Positions 9,389-19,298 of a stretch of 64,000 nucleotides of DNA are shown here, piece after piece (position 1 is the stretch's first letter; every line of letters begins with the position of its first letter). The position numbers and the translations under genes are program-made. The notes beneath the pieces are model-generated. The model was not told the origin of the DNA and searched no databases. It saw nothing but the letters and a program-made list of their open reading frames with translations. Origin of the DNA: an uncultured virus (IMG/VR IMGVR_UViG_3300027760_000001) (Duplodnaviria; Heunggongvirae; Uroviricota; Caudoviricetes); IMG/VR virus record IMGVR_UViG_3300027760_000001; one strand, written 5' to 3'.

Positions 9389-11758
9389 ATGGCAAGCTCC
9401 TATAAGGACAGCATTCCAAACTATTATCAAATTGACGAAACTGCAACTGGTGCTGGCACACAATCTGCCAATAGTGAACTGCTTGACTATCAAACAGGCA
9501 CGTCTCTTTATGACAACATCACTGGAGAATCGCTCACGGGAGATAGCGTAGAAACCATTATTCTTTCAAGCAGTGGATCTTGCACTCCAATCGTTATGTC
9601 GGACGACTTGGACTATCCCACTCCCATCGTAATTACAAACACAACTCAAAGCGAAGTTGAACTAAGTCTATTGGGCATTCAAAGGCAGGAAGTGGCCCTT
9701 GTCCTATTTGATACTGTTAATGTCTATGGAGTGAATACGAAGGAATGGTATGGCGCTGTTGGTTATACGTATGGCTATGACCCATCAGATTATAATTTTG
9801 ATGGGGCTTATGGTTACTATGCTGACCATTTGCCTAGTGAAAGCGCTCTTCGGCTTTACGTTTTTCCTAAGCCCAAAAGCTTCACTTATCTTTTTGATAA
9901 CAATCGTGGCTGGTATCCAGGTGGTTATACCAATGGAGTGCAATCTGGCTATTGGGAAAGCTTACGTGCATTCCGCTATCAACCAGGCAGAGTAACTGGC
10001 TTCACGATGGGCGTGAGAATGTCCACGGACAGCCAGCATAGTGGAGAAGTAATTCAATGGGGCTGTAGGAATAGTTATGGTGACGGATATTATTTTCAAT
10101 TAGAGCGCGGCACTGATTTGTACATTGTTCGCACATCTCCTGGCCTTGGTACTCTCAAGGTGCCTCGTGATTATTGGAATGGTGATAAGGTGCTGGTGAA
10201 TGAAGGGCGCACTGGCTGGAACCTTGACTTGTCTCGCGTGACAATGTTCAAGATTGAATTTAGCTGGTACGGGGCTGTTGGTGCAAAGTTCTTGGCTTAT
10301 GTTCCTGATGGCAATGGTGATGCAAGATGGGTGAGCCTGCATTATGTTCTCGCTGAGAACCAATTCACGCAACCAAGCCTGAAGAGTCCCTATTTGAAGA
10401 TGTTCACTAGTGTTAGCACTTCTGCAGGGACCAAGCAGGCAGCATTTATCAATCTTTACGGAAGTAGTGTTTACATTGATGGTGGAGATAAAGGAACAGT
10501 TTTACTTGGTAGTGCTGCATTAGAAGGTGCCAAGCCTGTCGATGAAAATAGTAGGAGCTTGATAGGCTTCAATGTGAAGGCAAATATCAATGGGGTGCCA
10601 AATCAAAAGGCCGTCTATCCCGTTGGACTGTCAGCATATTCTTCAGTGCCAACTCGTTTTGACCTTATCTTTGCCAATCCATCGCTGCCAAATTCAATTC
10701 AATATGGCTATGGCCCTGGTACGGTTCTATCAAGAGGATTCAGCACCACTTATCCAGTGTCCATTGTCAATAGCACCACTTTTGCCATTGCTTCTGGCAC
10801 GTTTCCCGACATTAGTCAAGAACTCACTGGCTCTCTTGATTACTTGACTGGACGACGAGTGAAAGTGGATGGCACTGCAGTTTATGACACCCACGTGGTT
10901 GCAATTAACTCTGGACTCACTCAAATTACAGTGGATCAGCCATTGCCTAGTGGCTTGTCTTCGGTTCGTTTGTCAAGGATGGATGCTTATGCAACGGCAA
11001 GTGGCGTTATTGCCAGCGGAGTCACTCAAGGATCGTTCTACGTGGTAAATGGAGGTTATTTAAGGATTGGCATCTGGCCACAAGCTGTTGGATCCTATGA
11101 TTCAACAAAAAGAACGCTTTGGATGAATAGCAACTATCCCATCTTGACCACTAGCTATTTGACAGGGCTTCCCGATGGTGAAAGAAGCATTTATGGAGGA
11201 TACTTGCAAACCACTCCATTTTCCATTGCCATCAATAGTGGCACAACCACTACTACCATCACGGCAGGAGGCAACAGTTTGGTCTTGAGCGGCACCACCA
11301 ATCCATGGCCAATCACAGTGGTAGCTGAGCTGATGGATGGTGCGTCCCTGAGCGACGTGACAGTCATTGAAGGGGCTAACATTGAAACTGCTGGTGCTGG
11401 CGCTACAAAGGCCATCACAAGCTTCGCCACTAGTGGCTTGTCTCAAAGTGCAACGGCTGCTGGTGGCACTGGTTACATTGCCCATAAGTTTGAAAATGCC
11501 ATTTGTGACCCATTATCAGCAGTGATGGTTGATAGGCAAGGCTCAAAAGTGCTGCCAACAACGAACAAAGTTTGCAGTTATTTTATTGGCGCAAATGAAA
11601 CGAAACAATTTGACTTAACAAACATCTTTGGTCCAGATAAAATGTACATTACGGGAGCCCCTGGCACATTCCTTAATACTGGTACATTGTTTGTAATGGC
11701 AACTTCTCGTGCTGGAAGCGGCATTGCAAGTGCTATGCTTAATTGGGAGGAACAGTAA
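9389..11758 (+). CDS. Virion structural protein, paralog 2 of YQPG family
   Basis: SEVELSLLGI, FRYQPGRV, FKIEFSWYGAVG, YIDGGDKGT, terminal WEEQ shared with 7635. Confidence 0.7.
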   Translation: MASSYKDSIPNYYQIDETATGAGTQSANSELLDYQTGTSLYDNITGESLTGDSVETIILSSSGSCTPIVMSDDLDYPTPIVITNTTQSEVELSLLGIQRQEVALVLFDTVNVYGVNTKEWYGAVGYTYGYDPSDYNFDGAYGYYADHLPSESALRLYVFPKPKSFTYLFDNNRGWYPGGYTNGVQSGYWESLRAFRYQPGRVTGFTMGVRMSTDSQHSGEVIQWGCRNSYGDGYYFQLERGTDLYIVRTSPGLGTLKVPRDYWNGDKVLVNEGRTGWNLDLSRVTMFKIEFSWYGAVGAKFLAYVPDGNGDARWVSLHYVLAENQFTQPSLKSPYLKMFTSVSTSAGTKQAAFINLYGSSVYIDGGDKGTVLLGSAALEGAKPVDENSRSLIGFNVKANINGVPNQKAVYPVGLSAYSSVPTRFDLIFANPSLPNSIQYGYGPGTVLSRGFSTTYPVSIVNSTTFAIASGTFPDISQELTGSLDYLTGRRVKVDGTAVYDTHVVAINSGLTQITVDQPLPSGLSSVRLSRMDAYATASGVIASGVTQGSFYVVNGGYLRIGIWPQAVGSYDSTKRTLWMNSNYPILTTSYLTGLPDGERSIYGGYLQTTPFSIAINSGTTTTTITAGGNSLVLSGTTNPWPITVVAELMDGASLSDVTVIEGANIETAGAGATKAITSFATSGLSQSATAAGGTGYIAHKFENAICDPLSAVMVDRQGSKVLPTTNKVCSYFIGANETKQFDLTNIFGPDKMYITGAPGTFLNTGTLFVMATSRAGSGIASAMLNWEEQ

Positions 11759-13539
11759 TGGCGCTGCCTGGACTTGTTAGAGCAAATAATCTTTCCGATG
11801 TTGCCGATAAGGAACTTGCATGGAATAATCTTGGTAAGAATTTTTCCGCCACTTTTAACGCCCCGTCGCCGGCCTTCGATGCTAATTTTGCGTCAAATAA
11901 AAGTTTAATTGATAATATCAGTGGCAGTAATCTTGTAACTTTTGCCAGGGCATCTACTGGCACCTTTGTGGGAAGCAACGGTCTTATTCAGACTGCCGCT
12001 AGCGGTGTGGCAAGGTTTAATCACAATCCACTTACCGGAGAAAGTTTAGGACTATTAGTGGAAGAAGCAAGAACAAATACAATGTATCCAAGCCTCGTGA
12101 ATGGTACTTGGCTTGCGTCTAATGTAACAGTAACTCAAAATGCAGCAACAGCGCCAGATGGAACTAATACAGCAACTCTTATAACTCCTAACGCTTACTA
12201 TGCCAGATTTAGCGTTCAAAGAAATATATATCACACAGCAGGTACTGGGAGGATTTCATTTTACGCTAAGTCAAACGGAGTGCCGTGGATTGGTATTGGA
12301 TGTGGACTAGGTATTCCTTGGTCTTATAGCAATGCTGCTTATAATCTTCTTACGGGAGCATCAAGAACTTATAGGCTTGATACTTATGGTTATACTTTTA
12401 ATTCCGCAACGTTAGTTGGGCAGGGATGGTATAAAATTGTTTTTGATTATTTTGCAAACAGTAATATTGGTGGTGATTGGAGCTTTTTGGGTTTAGCCCT
12501 GAATGCGAATGGAGACCTTGTAAACGGAAGCACCGGTAACGGAGTGGATGGAATGTATGTATGGGGAATTCAATATGAAGCTGGATCTTCTCCTACATCT
12601 TATATTCCTACATCAGGCTCCACGGTAACAAGAGGCGCCGATATTTGTAGTATTATTTCATCTATTTCCCCCGCTACAACTTTTGCTCAATTTATAGCTA
12701 CCAATCAAGCAAGCCAAGGCATTGCAAGTGCCAACAATAATACATCAAATGAAGTCTGGGAAACATTTGCATCAACTGGAAATGTGCAAACACAAATTGT
12801 TAGTAGTGGGGTTATCTCAAAAAATATCAACATAGGGACAACAACGGCCCAGACAAGTGCAAGAGTGGTATCTTCGCTTGCTGTCAATATATTAACTGGT
12901 TCGGTTAATGGGGGAGATGCTGTCAATAATGTTTTTTCTGGGTATCCATTAACAACTCAATTTAACATTGGACGCACCCAAGCCGGCTCATACCTCAACT
13001 CAACATTATCTCGACTTGCGCTATGGACTGTTCCCCTTTCTCCAATCTTAATTAAAACTCTGTCGGCATCTGGAGTGGGTAATGCATCAATAAAATACCA
13101 AAGCATTACTGGCAAGGATATAGTGGCGCTTAATGAAGTTTACAAAACATCTGCCAGAGATTTTGTATTTCTTCGCGGTCTTTCCTCTGCTATACAGCCT
13201 CGCATAACAACAGCATCACAAAATACAACTTCTGGAGTGTTATTTGCCAGCACAAAATTACTGGACGTTTCTCCTTCTTCTATCGGCAATTTTTATATTT
13301 CTAGCGGATCGTTAAACGCTCAAAGCTTAAGAACCAATGGCATAGCAGTGGCATCTTTGTCGTCTGTTCCATTTTCTGGAAGCACTGCCCTATTCCCATT
13401 GACCATTTCAACAGTAGAAATGTCTAGCAACTTCCGCTTCGTCCCATTGTTTACTTCTGGAGTTATAAGCTCTCCTACGATTGGAGTGCAAATGGAGACA
13501 AATGATTTCATCTTGTACGCAAAAGCGGGGCAAAATTAA
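11758..13539 (+). CDS. Fibre/spike protein with carbohydrate-binding-like central domain
   Basis: TFARASTGT..GESLGLLVEEARTN..WGIQYEAGSSPTSYIPT..TRGAD module; N-terminal NNLSD motif. Confidence 0.7.
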   Translation: MALPGLVRANNLSDVADKELAWNNLGKNFSATFNAPSPAFDANFASNKSLIDNISGSNLVTFARASTGTFVGSNGLIQTAASGVARFNHNPLTGESLGLLVEEARTNTMYPSLVNGTWLASNVTVTQNAATAPDGTNTATLITPNAYYARFSVQRNIYHTAGTGRISFYAKSNGVPWIGIGCGLGIPWSYSNAAYNLLTGASRTYRLDTYGYTFNSATLVGQGWYKIVFDYFANSNIGGDWSFLGLALNANGDLVNGSTGNGVDGMYVWGIQYEAGSSPTSYIPTSGSTVTRGADICSIISSISPATTFAQFIATNQASQGIASANNNTSNEVWETFASTGNVQTQIVSSGVISKNINIGTTTAQTSARVVSSLAVNILTGSVNGGDAVNNVFSGYPLTTQFNIGRTQAGSYLNSTLSRLALWTVPLSPILIKTLSASGVGNASIKYQSITGKDIVALNEVYKTSARDFVFLRGLSSAIQPRITTASQNTTSGVLFASTKLLDVSPSSIGNFYISSGSLNAQSLRTNGIAVASLSSVPFSGSTALFPLTISTVEMSSNFRFVPLFTSGVISSPTIGVQMETNDFILYAKAGQN

Positions 13540-14808
13540 ATGCTGCAACAATACGGGTTTCGTGCCAGCCTCAATCTTACGGAGATAGTAAGCAAGGATG
13601 CTTGCTTAGACAGTCTTGGCATAGATCGCAGTGATTTGCCTCTTTTGGAAGGCACGTCAAGCGCTGGGGTCGCAGCAAAAGACTACCAAGCAATTATTGG
13701 CTTAAAAAGCAATTTAGAGCTGCAAATGGTTCCGCTGATTAGCGGTTCAACTTCATTCACTGCTTCACTTTCTGGAAAGGCCTCACGCTTCGGGGACACT
13801 TTCACAGGCCCCATCGCTGCAGGAATTGTTAATAATGATCGTCCATATTACAACTCTAGTCTGGCCATTCTTGGCCCATCAACTGCTTCTTACTTTTCTC
13901 CTGCAACTACTAGCGGATTTTCTTCCGGAGGTCAGTACAAGCTCGGACCAGTATATGCCACAAATACTACCATCAGCGGGTTTAACTTTACTGGCTCCAC
14001 AAGATCGTGGAATAATTATTTCGTACGTTACAAGCAATATGCACAAATCACGCAAGACTCCACTAGCGCTGTAGCAACGGTTCCACTGTATCTCGCCCCT
14101 CCGGTTACTCTTTCAAGTAATAAAGTTTGGCTGGATGCTGAATATAGCTCTTTTGTCACTGACGCAAATGGCGTGGTAGAACAATGGCAAGATGTCTATG
14201 GGAGAGCAAATGCTGTGCAATCAACGTTTGCCAATCGCCCTATTCTCACAAGTAACTTACGCTATGACAAGCCTGGAGTTGTCTTCGATGGCGTGACTGA
14301 TTTCCTTAGCCTAGGGAATCTTGGTGGACTATTCCCAACTGCTGCTACTGCCATTATTGTGGCAACTGTTGGTTCTGGAGTTACCACTGACACTGATTAC
14401 AATATTTTTGGCACCTTAAGCAATACAGCAAATCGTTGGCGAACTGCCACGACAAGCGGTGCCTTTGGCATATTCACCAGCACTGTCCAGACGGGCTTTC
14501 CGGCTCCCATGCCCGCAAGTGGCACGTTTGTATTCACGGTGTCGGCAAGTAATGCGCTGGGCCTGGAACTGCGTACTGATAGCGTTGTAACAGCAAGCAA
14601 ATACAATTCTCCAACGGTGCAGGTCACTTATGCTGGTGGCACTGCTTATACCATTGGAGCTAATGCTGACGGAAGCGCTGGTTTCTTCAATGGAACCATC
14701 TATGCCATTGCACTTTTTGATCAAGTTTTAACTGGCAAAGAACTGCGTAGCATGGAAGAATACTTTGCCTGGCGCTATGGCTTTGTTGCCGATCCAGATC
14801 GCCCATAG
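13540..14808 (+). CDS. Virion protein with LamG/concanavalin-like domain
   Basis: VWLDA..V.QWQD..PGVVFDGVTDFL..FFNGTIY..MEEYFAWRYG. Confidence 0.7.
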   Translation: MLQQYGFRASLNLTEIVSKDACLDSLGIDRSDLPLLEGTSSAGVAAKDYQAIIGLKSNLELQMVPLISGSTSFTASLSGKASRFGDTFTGPIAAGIVNNDRPYYNSSLAILGPSTASYFSPATTSGFSSGGQYKLGPVYATNTTISGFNFTGSTRSWNNYFVRYKQYAQITQDSTSAVATVPLYLAPPVTLSSNKVWLDAEYSSFVTDANGVVEQWQDVYGRANAVQSTFANRPILTSNLRYDKPGVVFDGVTDFLSLGNLGGLFPTAATAIIVATVGSGVTTDTDYNIFGTLSNTANRWRTATTSGAFGIFTSTVQTGFPAPMPASGTFVFTVSASNALGLELRTDSVVTASKYNSPTVQVTYAGGTAYTIGANADGSAGFFNGTIYAIALFDQVLTGKELRSMEEYFAWRYGFVADPDRP

Positions 14809-14836
14809 ACCACTTAGTAATCACTGCTGCTGAACA

Positions 14837-15361
14837 ATGATTAAAGGACTCGTTCGCAAAAACAATCTTTCTGACTTGGAATCACCAGAGCAGGCCAGGA
14901 TTAATCTTGGCTTGCTCACTGATGATTACAACAGAATTAAAGGCTTGTATGCAAGTGCGGGAGTTTCTAACCTTGAAATTCAACGCATTGCAAACTCGCA
15001 AGGAAATTATCAAACGCAAATTGATTCAATTAATACAACAATTAATAGCATTGTTCCTGCAGCGTATGCAAATGTAAGTGGTGACACCATTTCTGGTACA
15101 TGGACCAATGTTGGTCAACTGGGAGCATTTAGTGTACTCGTCAGCGGATCGCCTCCTACTGCTTCTTCTGATTCTTTATTTACCCATGAAACTGCAGGCG
15201 GTCAGTTCAGGCTTACTACTACCACGCTGATTGCCAATAAAGGTTTAACTGTGGAAAGACTAATTGCAAGTGGCAATACAGTGGTGGCAAGTGGAGTGGT
15301 AGTTGGCAAAAGAATTCCCATTACAATCAATAACATACCATTTTTCATTGAGGCAAGCTAA
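14837..15361 (+). CDS. Putative short fibre protein
   Basis: GLVRKNNLSDL..ARINLGL N-terminal motif. Confidence 0.6.
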   Translation: MIKGLVRKNNLSDLESPEQARINLGLLTDDYNRIKGLYASAGVSNLEIQRIANSQGNYQTQIDSINTTINSIVPAAYANVSGDTISGTWTNVGQLGAFSVLVSGSPPTASSDSLFTHETAGGQFRLTTTTLIANKGLTVERLIASGNTVVASGVVVGKRIPITINNIPFFIEAS

Positions 15362-15666
15362 TGGCCACGCAATATCTTCGATTTCCTGACGAGGCAAGTT
15401 TTTGTTCTGCTGCCACTATTGCCGAACTTTACATTCCTCCCCATGGTGACAAACCTGGTTGGTATAATCAATACGACCATGGTCATGCCATGGACATTGT
15501 TGGCATTATTTACAATGATGATGCCATAATTGATCCAGAAACGTTTGAAATTGTTGCTCCTGCCACGCCCAAAGAAGGTTGGCACGTTAATTTTATTGGC
15601 ACACTTCCAGAAGGCTGGAAGCAGTATTTAGTCTTTCCCATCGCTCCTCATCGAGTGTTTGCTTGA
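15361..15666 (+). CDS. Fibre-associated small protein (assembly/chaperone-like)
   Basis: YLRFPDE..DIVGII..GWHVN..P.RVFA pattern usually found after fibre genes. Confidence 0.6.
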   Translation: MATQYLRFPDEASFCSAATIAELYIPPHGDKPGWYNQYDHGHAMDIVGIIYNDDAIIDPETFEIVAPATPKEGWHVNFIGTLPEGWKQYLVFPIAPHRVFA

Positions 15667-15726
15667 TGGCATCGAGCGGACGGCGTCCTTAGCTGTTAAG
15701 ATTTGCAACGTTCGCGCTCAAAGCAA

Positions 15727-15873
15727 ATGGCAGTTAAAAGCAAAGGGGGAAGTGCAGCACTTAAGCGTTCGCATGAGCCAGGGCCTCCCAAGACCACTTC
15801 TATTGGGCAAGGGGCGCATTCACGCCCTCGCCGCCGAGGGAAGAAGCCTTCACGAGGCCAAGGGAAAGGCTAG
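15727..15873 (+). CDS. Small basic protein, 48 aa (below ORF-track cutoff)
   Basis: Hand translation MAVKSKGGSAALKRSHEPGPPKTTSIGQGAHSRPRRRGKKPSRGQGKG. Confidence 0.65.
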   Translation: MAVKSKGGSAALKRSHEPGPPKTTSIGQGAHSRPRRRGKKPSRGQGKG

Positions 15874-15876
15874 GCG

Positions 15877-15924
15877 TTGACAGTGAGTTGGACAAGGGCT
15901 AGCCTATAGGCTGGCCTTTTTTTT
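15877..15924 (+). terminator. Intrinsic terminator overlapping a sigma70-like promoter
   Basis: GGCTAGCC-TATA-GGCTGGCC then T-run; TTGACA-N17-TAGCCT. Confidence 0.6.
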
Positions 15925-15927
15925 GCC

Positions 15928-16203
15928 ATGACTGCCTTTGTTGATTCTTATTCCTTTTCCCATCGCTTCTCTTCCACGGAAAGCCTTCCTGGGTTTTGTA
16001 ACTACGAAGAAGTGACGCATCAATGTCAAAATGCAAATGCAACTGCCTTGGTGCGTTCTTTCGCTCATTTTCTAACTGGATGTGGGTTTCCACCGTCTTC
16101 TGTATATGACGCAATGGAAAGCATTGGATCAGAGTATAATGAAGCATACATGGGCAGGATAATTTGCGATGGGGCAAATCAAGAGGCAGGGGGAACAGTT
16201 TGA
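15928..16203 (+). CDS. Hypothetical protein
   Basis: ORF downstream of the promoter at 15877. Confidence 0.6.
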   Translation: MTAFVDSYSFSHRFSSTESLPGFCNYEEVTHQCQNANATALVRSFAHFLTGCGFPPSSVYDAMESIGSEYNEAYMGRIICDGANQEAGGTV

Positions 16204-17395
16204 AACCCATGTGATTGCCGATAAGTATGGCAATCTTCTTGATTATGGCCCCGATAGTGGAGTGGTAGATGCATTCGGTCGGCAGCGTGTCAGCAATGCT
16301 TTCACGCTGTTCGACAGCACGATGCGTTATGACAAGCGTTCAGATCAATGGTATGAAATCACCACTGGCAGTGGTTCTATCAACTTTCTCACCAATGCCA
16401 GTACGTTAGAGCTGAAAACTACCACTGCAGCGGGTGACACTGTTCTTCGTCGCACTAAGCAAAGATTTCCATACCAGCCTGGAAAAAGCCTTGTTTCTTT
16501 GCAGAGTTTTGTTGGCGCCCCATTGGCCTCTGGGCTCATTCAAGAAATTGGTTATTTTGATGATAACAATGGCGTGATGCTACGAGCTAGCGGCACAACT
16601 CTTCAATTTGTCGTTAGAAGCTTTACGACCGGCAGCATTATAGAAAATGTGGTGAATCAATCAGATTGGAACATTGATACTTTTTCAGCCTTAGATTTCA
16701 GCAAAGCACAGATATTTTGTGCTGACTTTGAATGGCTTGGTGTTGGCCGAGTGCGATGTGGTTTTGTTATTGATGGAAGTGTTGTTTATTGCCATGAATT
16801 TAATCATGCGAACAAGATTAATAGAACATACATGCAAACAGCTATTCTCCCATTGTCTTACCGTATTTCCAATAATACTTTACAAGCAAGTGGAGCCACC
16901 TTTCAGCAAATTTGTTGCAGCTTATTAAGCGAAGGAGGCTATGAGCCAGATGGTGCCACTTATTCTGTGAGTCATTCTCTCGCCAGTATTCCGAACGTTA
17001 GTGGAGAACGAGTGACGGCTGGCATTCGCATGGCAAGTGGTCGCACTGGTAATGTTGTTCTGCCAACTAAAATTGATGTGGCATCTGAAAGCACCAATAC
17101 TGTTGCTTGGAAGTTGCGTCTTAATCCCACGCTTTCTGGAGTCACTTGGGTGGCAGCGCTTAATGGCAGGGGAAATGTTGAGACTATCACCACTGCAAGT
17201 GCAGTTAGTGGAGGCACTATTGTCAATACTGGCATTATTTCACAAGGGCAATCGGTCAATTTGAATGTTGACACTGCCATCCGTTTAGCTCTTGGAGTGA
17301 ATGCATCAGGGGAAAGTGACACTCTCATTTTGACTGTTGATAGTGGAGTCAATTCAAAAGCACTTGGACAATTGGGCTGGGTGGAAGTGGTGTAG
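16169..17395 (+). CDS. Virion structural protein, paralog 3 of YQPG family
   Basis: DAFGRQRVS, FPYQPGKS, DFEWLGVGRVRCGF. Confidence 0.7.
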   Translation: MGQIKRQGEQFETHVIADKYGNLLDYGPDSGVVDAFGRQRVSNAFTLFDSTMRYDKRSDQWYEITTGSGSINFLTNASTLELKTTTAAGDTVLRRTKQRFPYQPGKSLVSLQSFVGAPLASGLIQEIGYFDDNNGVMLRASGTTLQFVVRSFTTGSIIENVVNQSDWNIDTFSALDFSKAQIFCADFEWLGVGRVRCGFVIDGSVVYCHEFNHANKINRTYMQTAILPLSYRISNNTLQASGATFQQICCSLLSEGGYEPDGATYSVSHSLASIPNVSGERVTAGIRMASGRTGNVVLPTKIDVASESTNTVAWKLRLNPTLSGVTWVAALNGRGNVETITTASAVSGGTIVNTGIISQGQSVNLNVDTAIRLALGVNASGESDTLILTVDSGVNSKALGQLGWVEVV

Positions 17396-17404
17396 ACTAA
17401 CAAA

Positions 17405-17740
17405 ATGGAACCAGCACGTTACGACATTACGATTCATCAAGGGGCAACTTTTGCTCTTGGATTGCAATATAAAACTGGCTCTGGACTGCCAGTGAATATG
17501 AGTGGTTATACAGTTACTGCACAATTATGGAATAAAACTGGCACTGCTAAGTTTGCCAATTTTTCTACCCCATGGACTGATCAAGCCAGTGGCATTTTCA
17601 AGCTCTACCTTTCAAGCACTGTCACCTCGGGAATTACGCAGCAAGGGCAATATGACGTGTTGGTAACTGAACCAAGCGGAGATAAGTCGTATATTTTGCA
17701 AGGAACTGCTTTTATTGATCTTGGACTTTCTGGAAAGTAA
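17405..17740 (+). CDS. Adaptor protein (BppU-N-like)
   Basis: YDITIHQGATF..PVNMSGYT..YDVLVT..ILQG. Confidence 0.6.
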   Translation: MEPARYDITIHQGATFALGLQYKTGSGLPVNMSGYTVTAQLWNKTGTAKFANFSTPWTDQASGIFKLYLSSTVTSGITQQGQYDVLVTEPSGDKSYILQGTAFIDLGLSGK

Positions 17741-19014
17741 TGGAAACCTTAACCATTGTCAAGGAAGACGTTCAATTAGTTGTCATTGATCCAGCGAGTG
17801 GGCCGCAGGGGGCTGTGGGACCACAAGGAGCAGTCGGTCCTTCTGGAAGTACAGGCGCTGTGGGAGCATCTGGGCTATCAGCCACAATTGCAGTTGGGAC
17901 AGTAACCACTGGAGCCCCTGGATCATCTGCAACTGTCACAAACACTGGAAATAGTACCACTGCTGTTTTTGCATTTGCTATTCCCCGAGGAGACACTGGA
18001 GCAATTGGGCCTAGTGGTGTGGCAGGAGCTAGCGGAGTGGCGGGGGCAAGCGGAAGTCCTGGCGCTTCCGGCGCCCCTGGAGTGGTAGCAGCCACTGCGC
18101 CAATTATCTATAGTTCAGGCACTCAAACAGTCAGCATCAATACCGCCACTGCTAGTGGAGCTGGCTCAATGTCAGCCAGTGATAAGGCAAAGCTTGATGG
18201 CATTGCCAGTGGCGCCCAAGTTAATGTTGCCACTGATCTTAGTTACACTCCATCCACTCGTCTACTGGGGTCAACCACTGGCGCTGGTGTGACATTGCCG
18301 CTGGTCAGTAGTGGTAATGCTGGCTTAGCACCAGCCAGTAGTGGAGGCACTGCAACTTTCCTGCGGGCTGACGGCACATGGTCTACTGCTGGTAGTCCTC
18401 CTGGCGGCTCCACCACGCAAGTTCAGTTTAATGATGCTGGTGCATTTGCTGGAGATCCCGACCTCACTTGGAACAAAACTACTAATGTTTTAACTGTTTC
18501 GGGAGATGTCAGCTTAAATGATGGCGGCACCTATACGACAACGGTGCAAACCATAACAGCAACTGCTGCTCGCACGATTAGCTTCCCGGATGCCACCGGC
18601 ACTGTTGCGCTGGTTGCAGGCAGCAGCGGGCAGTTGATCTATAACAATGCCGGGGTGTACGCAGGTGGACCGCTTTTCAACTCGACCACGGGAACCCTTG
18701 GTTATAACACTGGCGGAGCAGTCACACAGGCCACCAACAAGAGCACAGGTGTTACCTTAAATGGTGCATCTGGACGTATCACTATGAATGGTGCTTTACT
18801 TGCCCTTGATACCACAGTTTCATTTACGCTTACCAATAGTTCAATCACAGCCAGCGATCTGCTAATTTTGAATCACGTCAGCGCTGGAACTGCTGGTTCT
18901 TATTTGCTAAATGCTCAGGCGGCAGCAGGTTCAGCCGTTATCAATGTGCGAAACATTTCATTGGCTGCCTTAAGTGAAGCCATTGTTATCGGCTTTGCTG
19001 TTATCAAGGCTTAA
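17740..19014 (+). CDS. Tail fibre with collagen-like repeats
   Basis: G-X-Y repeats; MSASDKAKLDGI, FLRADGTW, QVQFNDAG; C-terminal VTQATNKSTGVTLN domain. Confidence 0.8.
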   Translation: METLTIVKEDVQLVVIDPASGPQGAVGPQGAVGPSGSTGAVGASGLSATIAVGTVTTGAPGSSATVTNTGNSTTAVFAFAIPRGDTGAIGPSGVAGASGVAGASGSPGASGAPGVVAATAPIIYSSGTQTVSINTATASGAGSMSASDKAKLDGIASGAQVNVATDLSYTPSTRLLGSTTGAGVTLPLVSSGNAGLAPASSGGTATFLRADGTWSTAGSPPGGSTTQVQFNDAGAFAGDPDLTWNKTTNVLTVSGDVSLNDGGTYTTTVQTITATAARTISFPDATGTVALVAGSSGQLIYNNAGVYAGGPLFNSTTGTLGYNTGGAVTQATNKSTGVTLNGASGRITMNGALLALDTTVSFTLTNSSITASDLLILNHVSAGTAGSYLLNAQAAAGSAVINVRNISLAALSEAIVIGFAVIKA

Positions 19015-19037
19015 CTACTCATTGAAAGGTTATCACT

Positions 19038-19298
19038 ATGGCCCAGTTCATTATTAACATCCCCGACGAACTGCTCCCAGCTTTGCTGGTTGAATTCGGT
19101 CTCGTCCAAGGCAGCGTTTCCGCCACAACTCCAGAAGAGTATTTCGCTGCCAGCATCGTGGAAACTGTGCGCCAACGAGCCGAGATCTATAAGGTTGGCC
19201 CGTACTACGTTGGCCCCATCGCTCCGAAGTACAATGCTGATGGCACTCCGTACGAGGCACCTCTGGCAGATGCCGCCGAGCCCAAGGTGCCGCAATGA
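19038..19298 (+). CDS. Hypothetical protein (fibre-associated)
   Basis: Operon position; ATGA overlap with next gene. Confidence 0.6.
   Translation: MAQFIINIPDELLPALLVEFGLVQGSVSATTPEEYFAASIVETVRQRAEIYKVGPYYVGPIAPKYNADGTPYEAPLADAAEPKVPQ

Noticed and set aside
15659..15880. 73-aa ORF from the track
   Set aside because: The overlapping 48-aa frame has an ATG start and a coherent basic motif.
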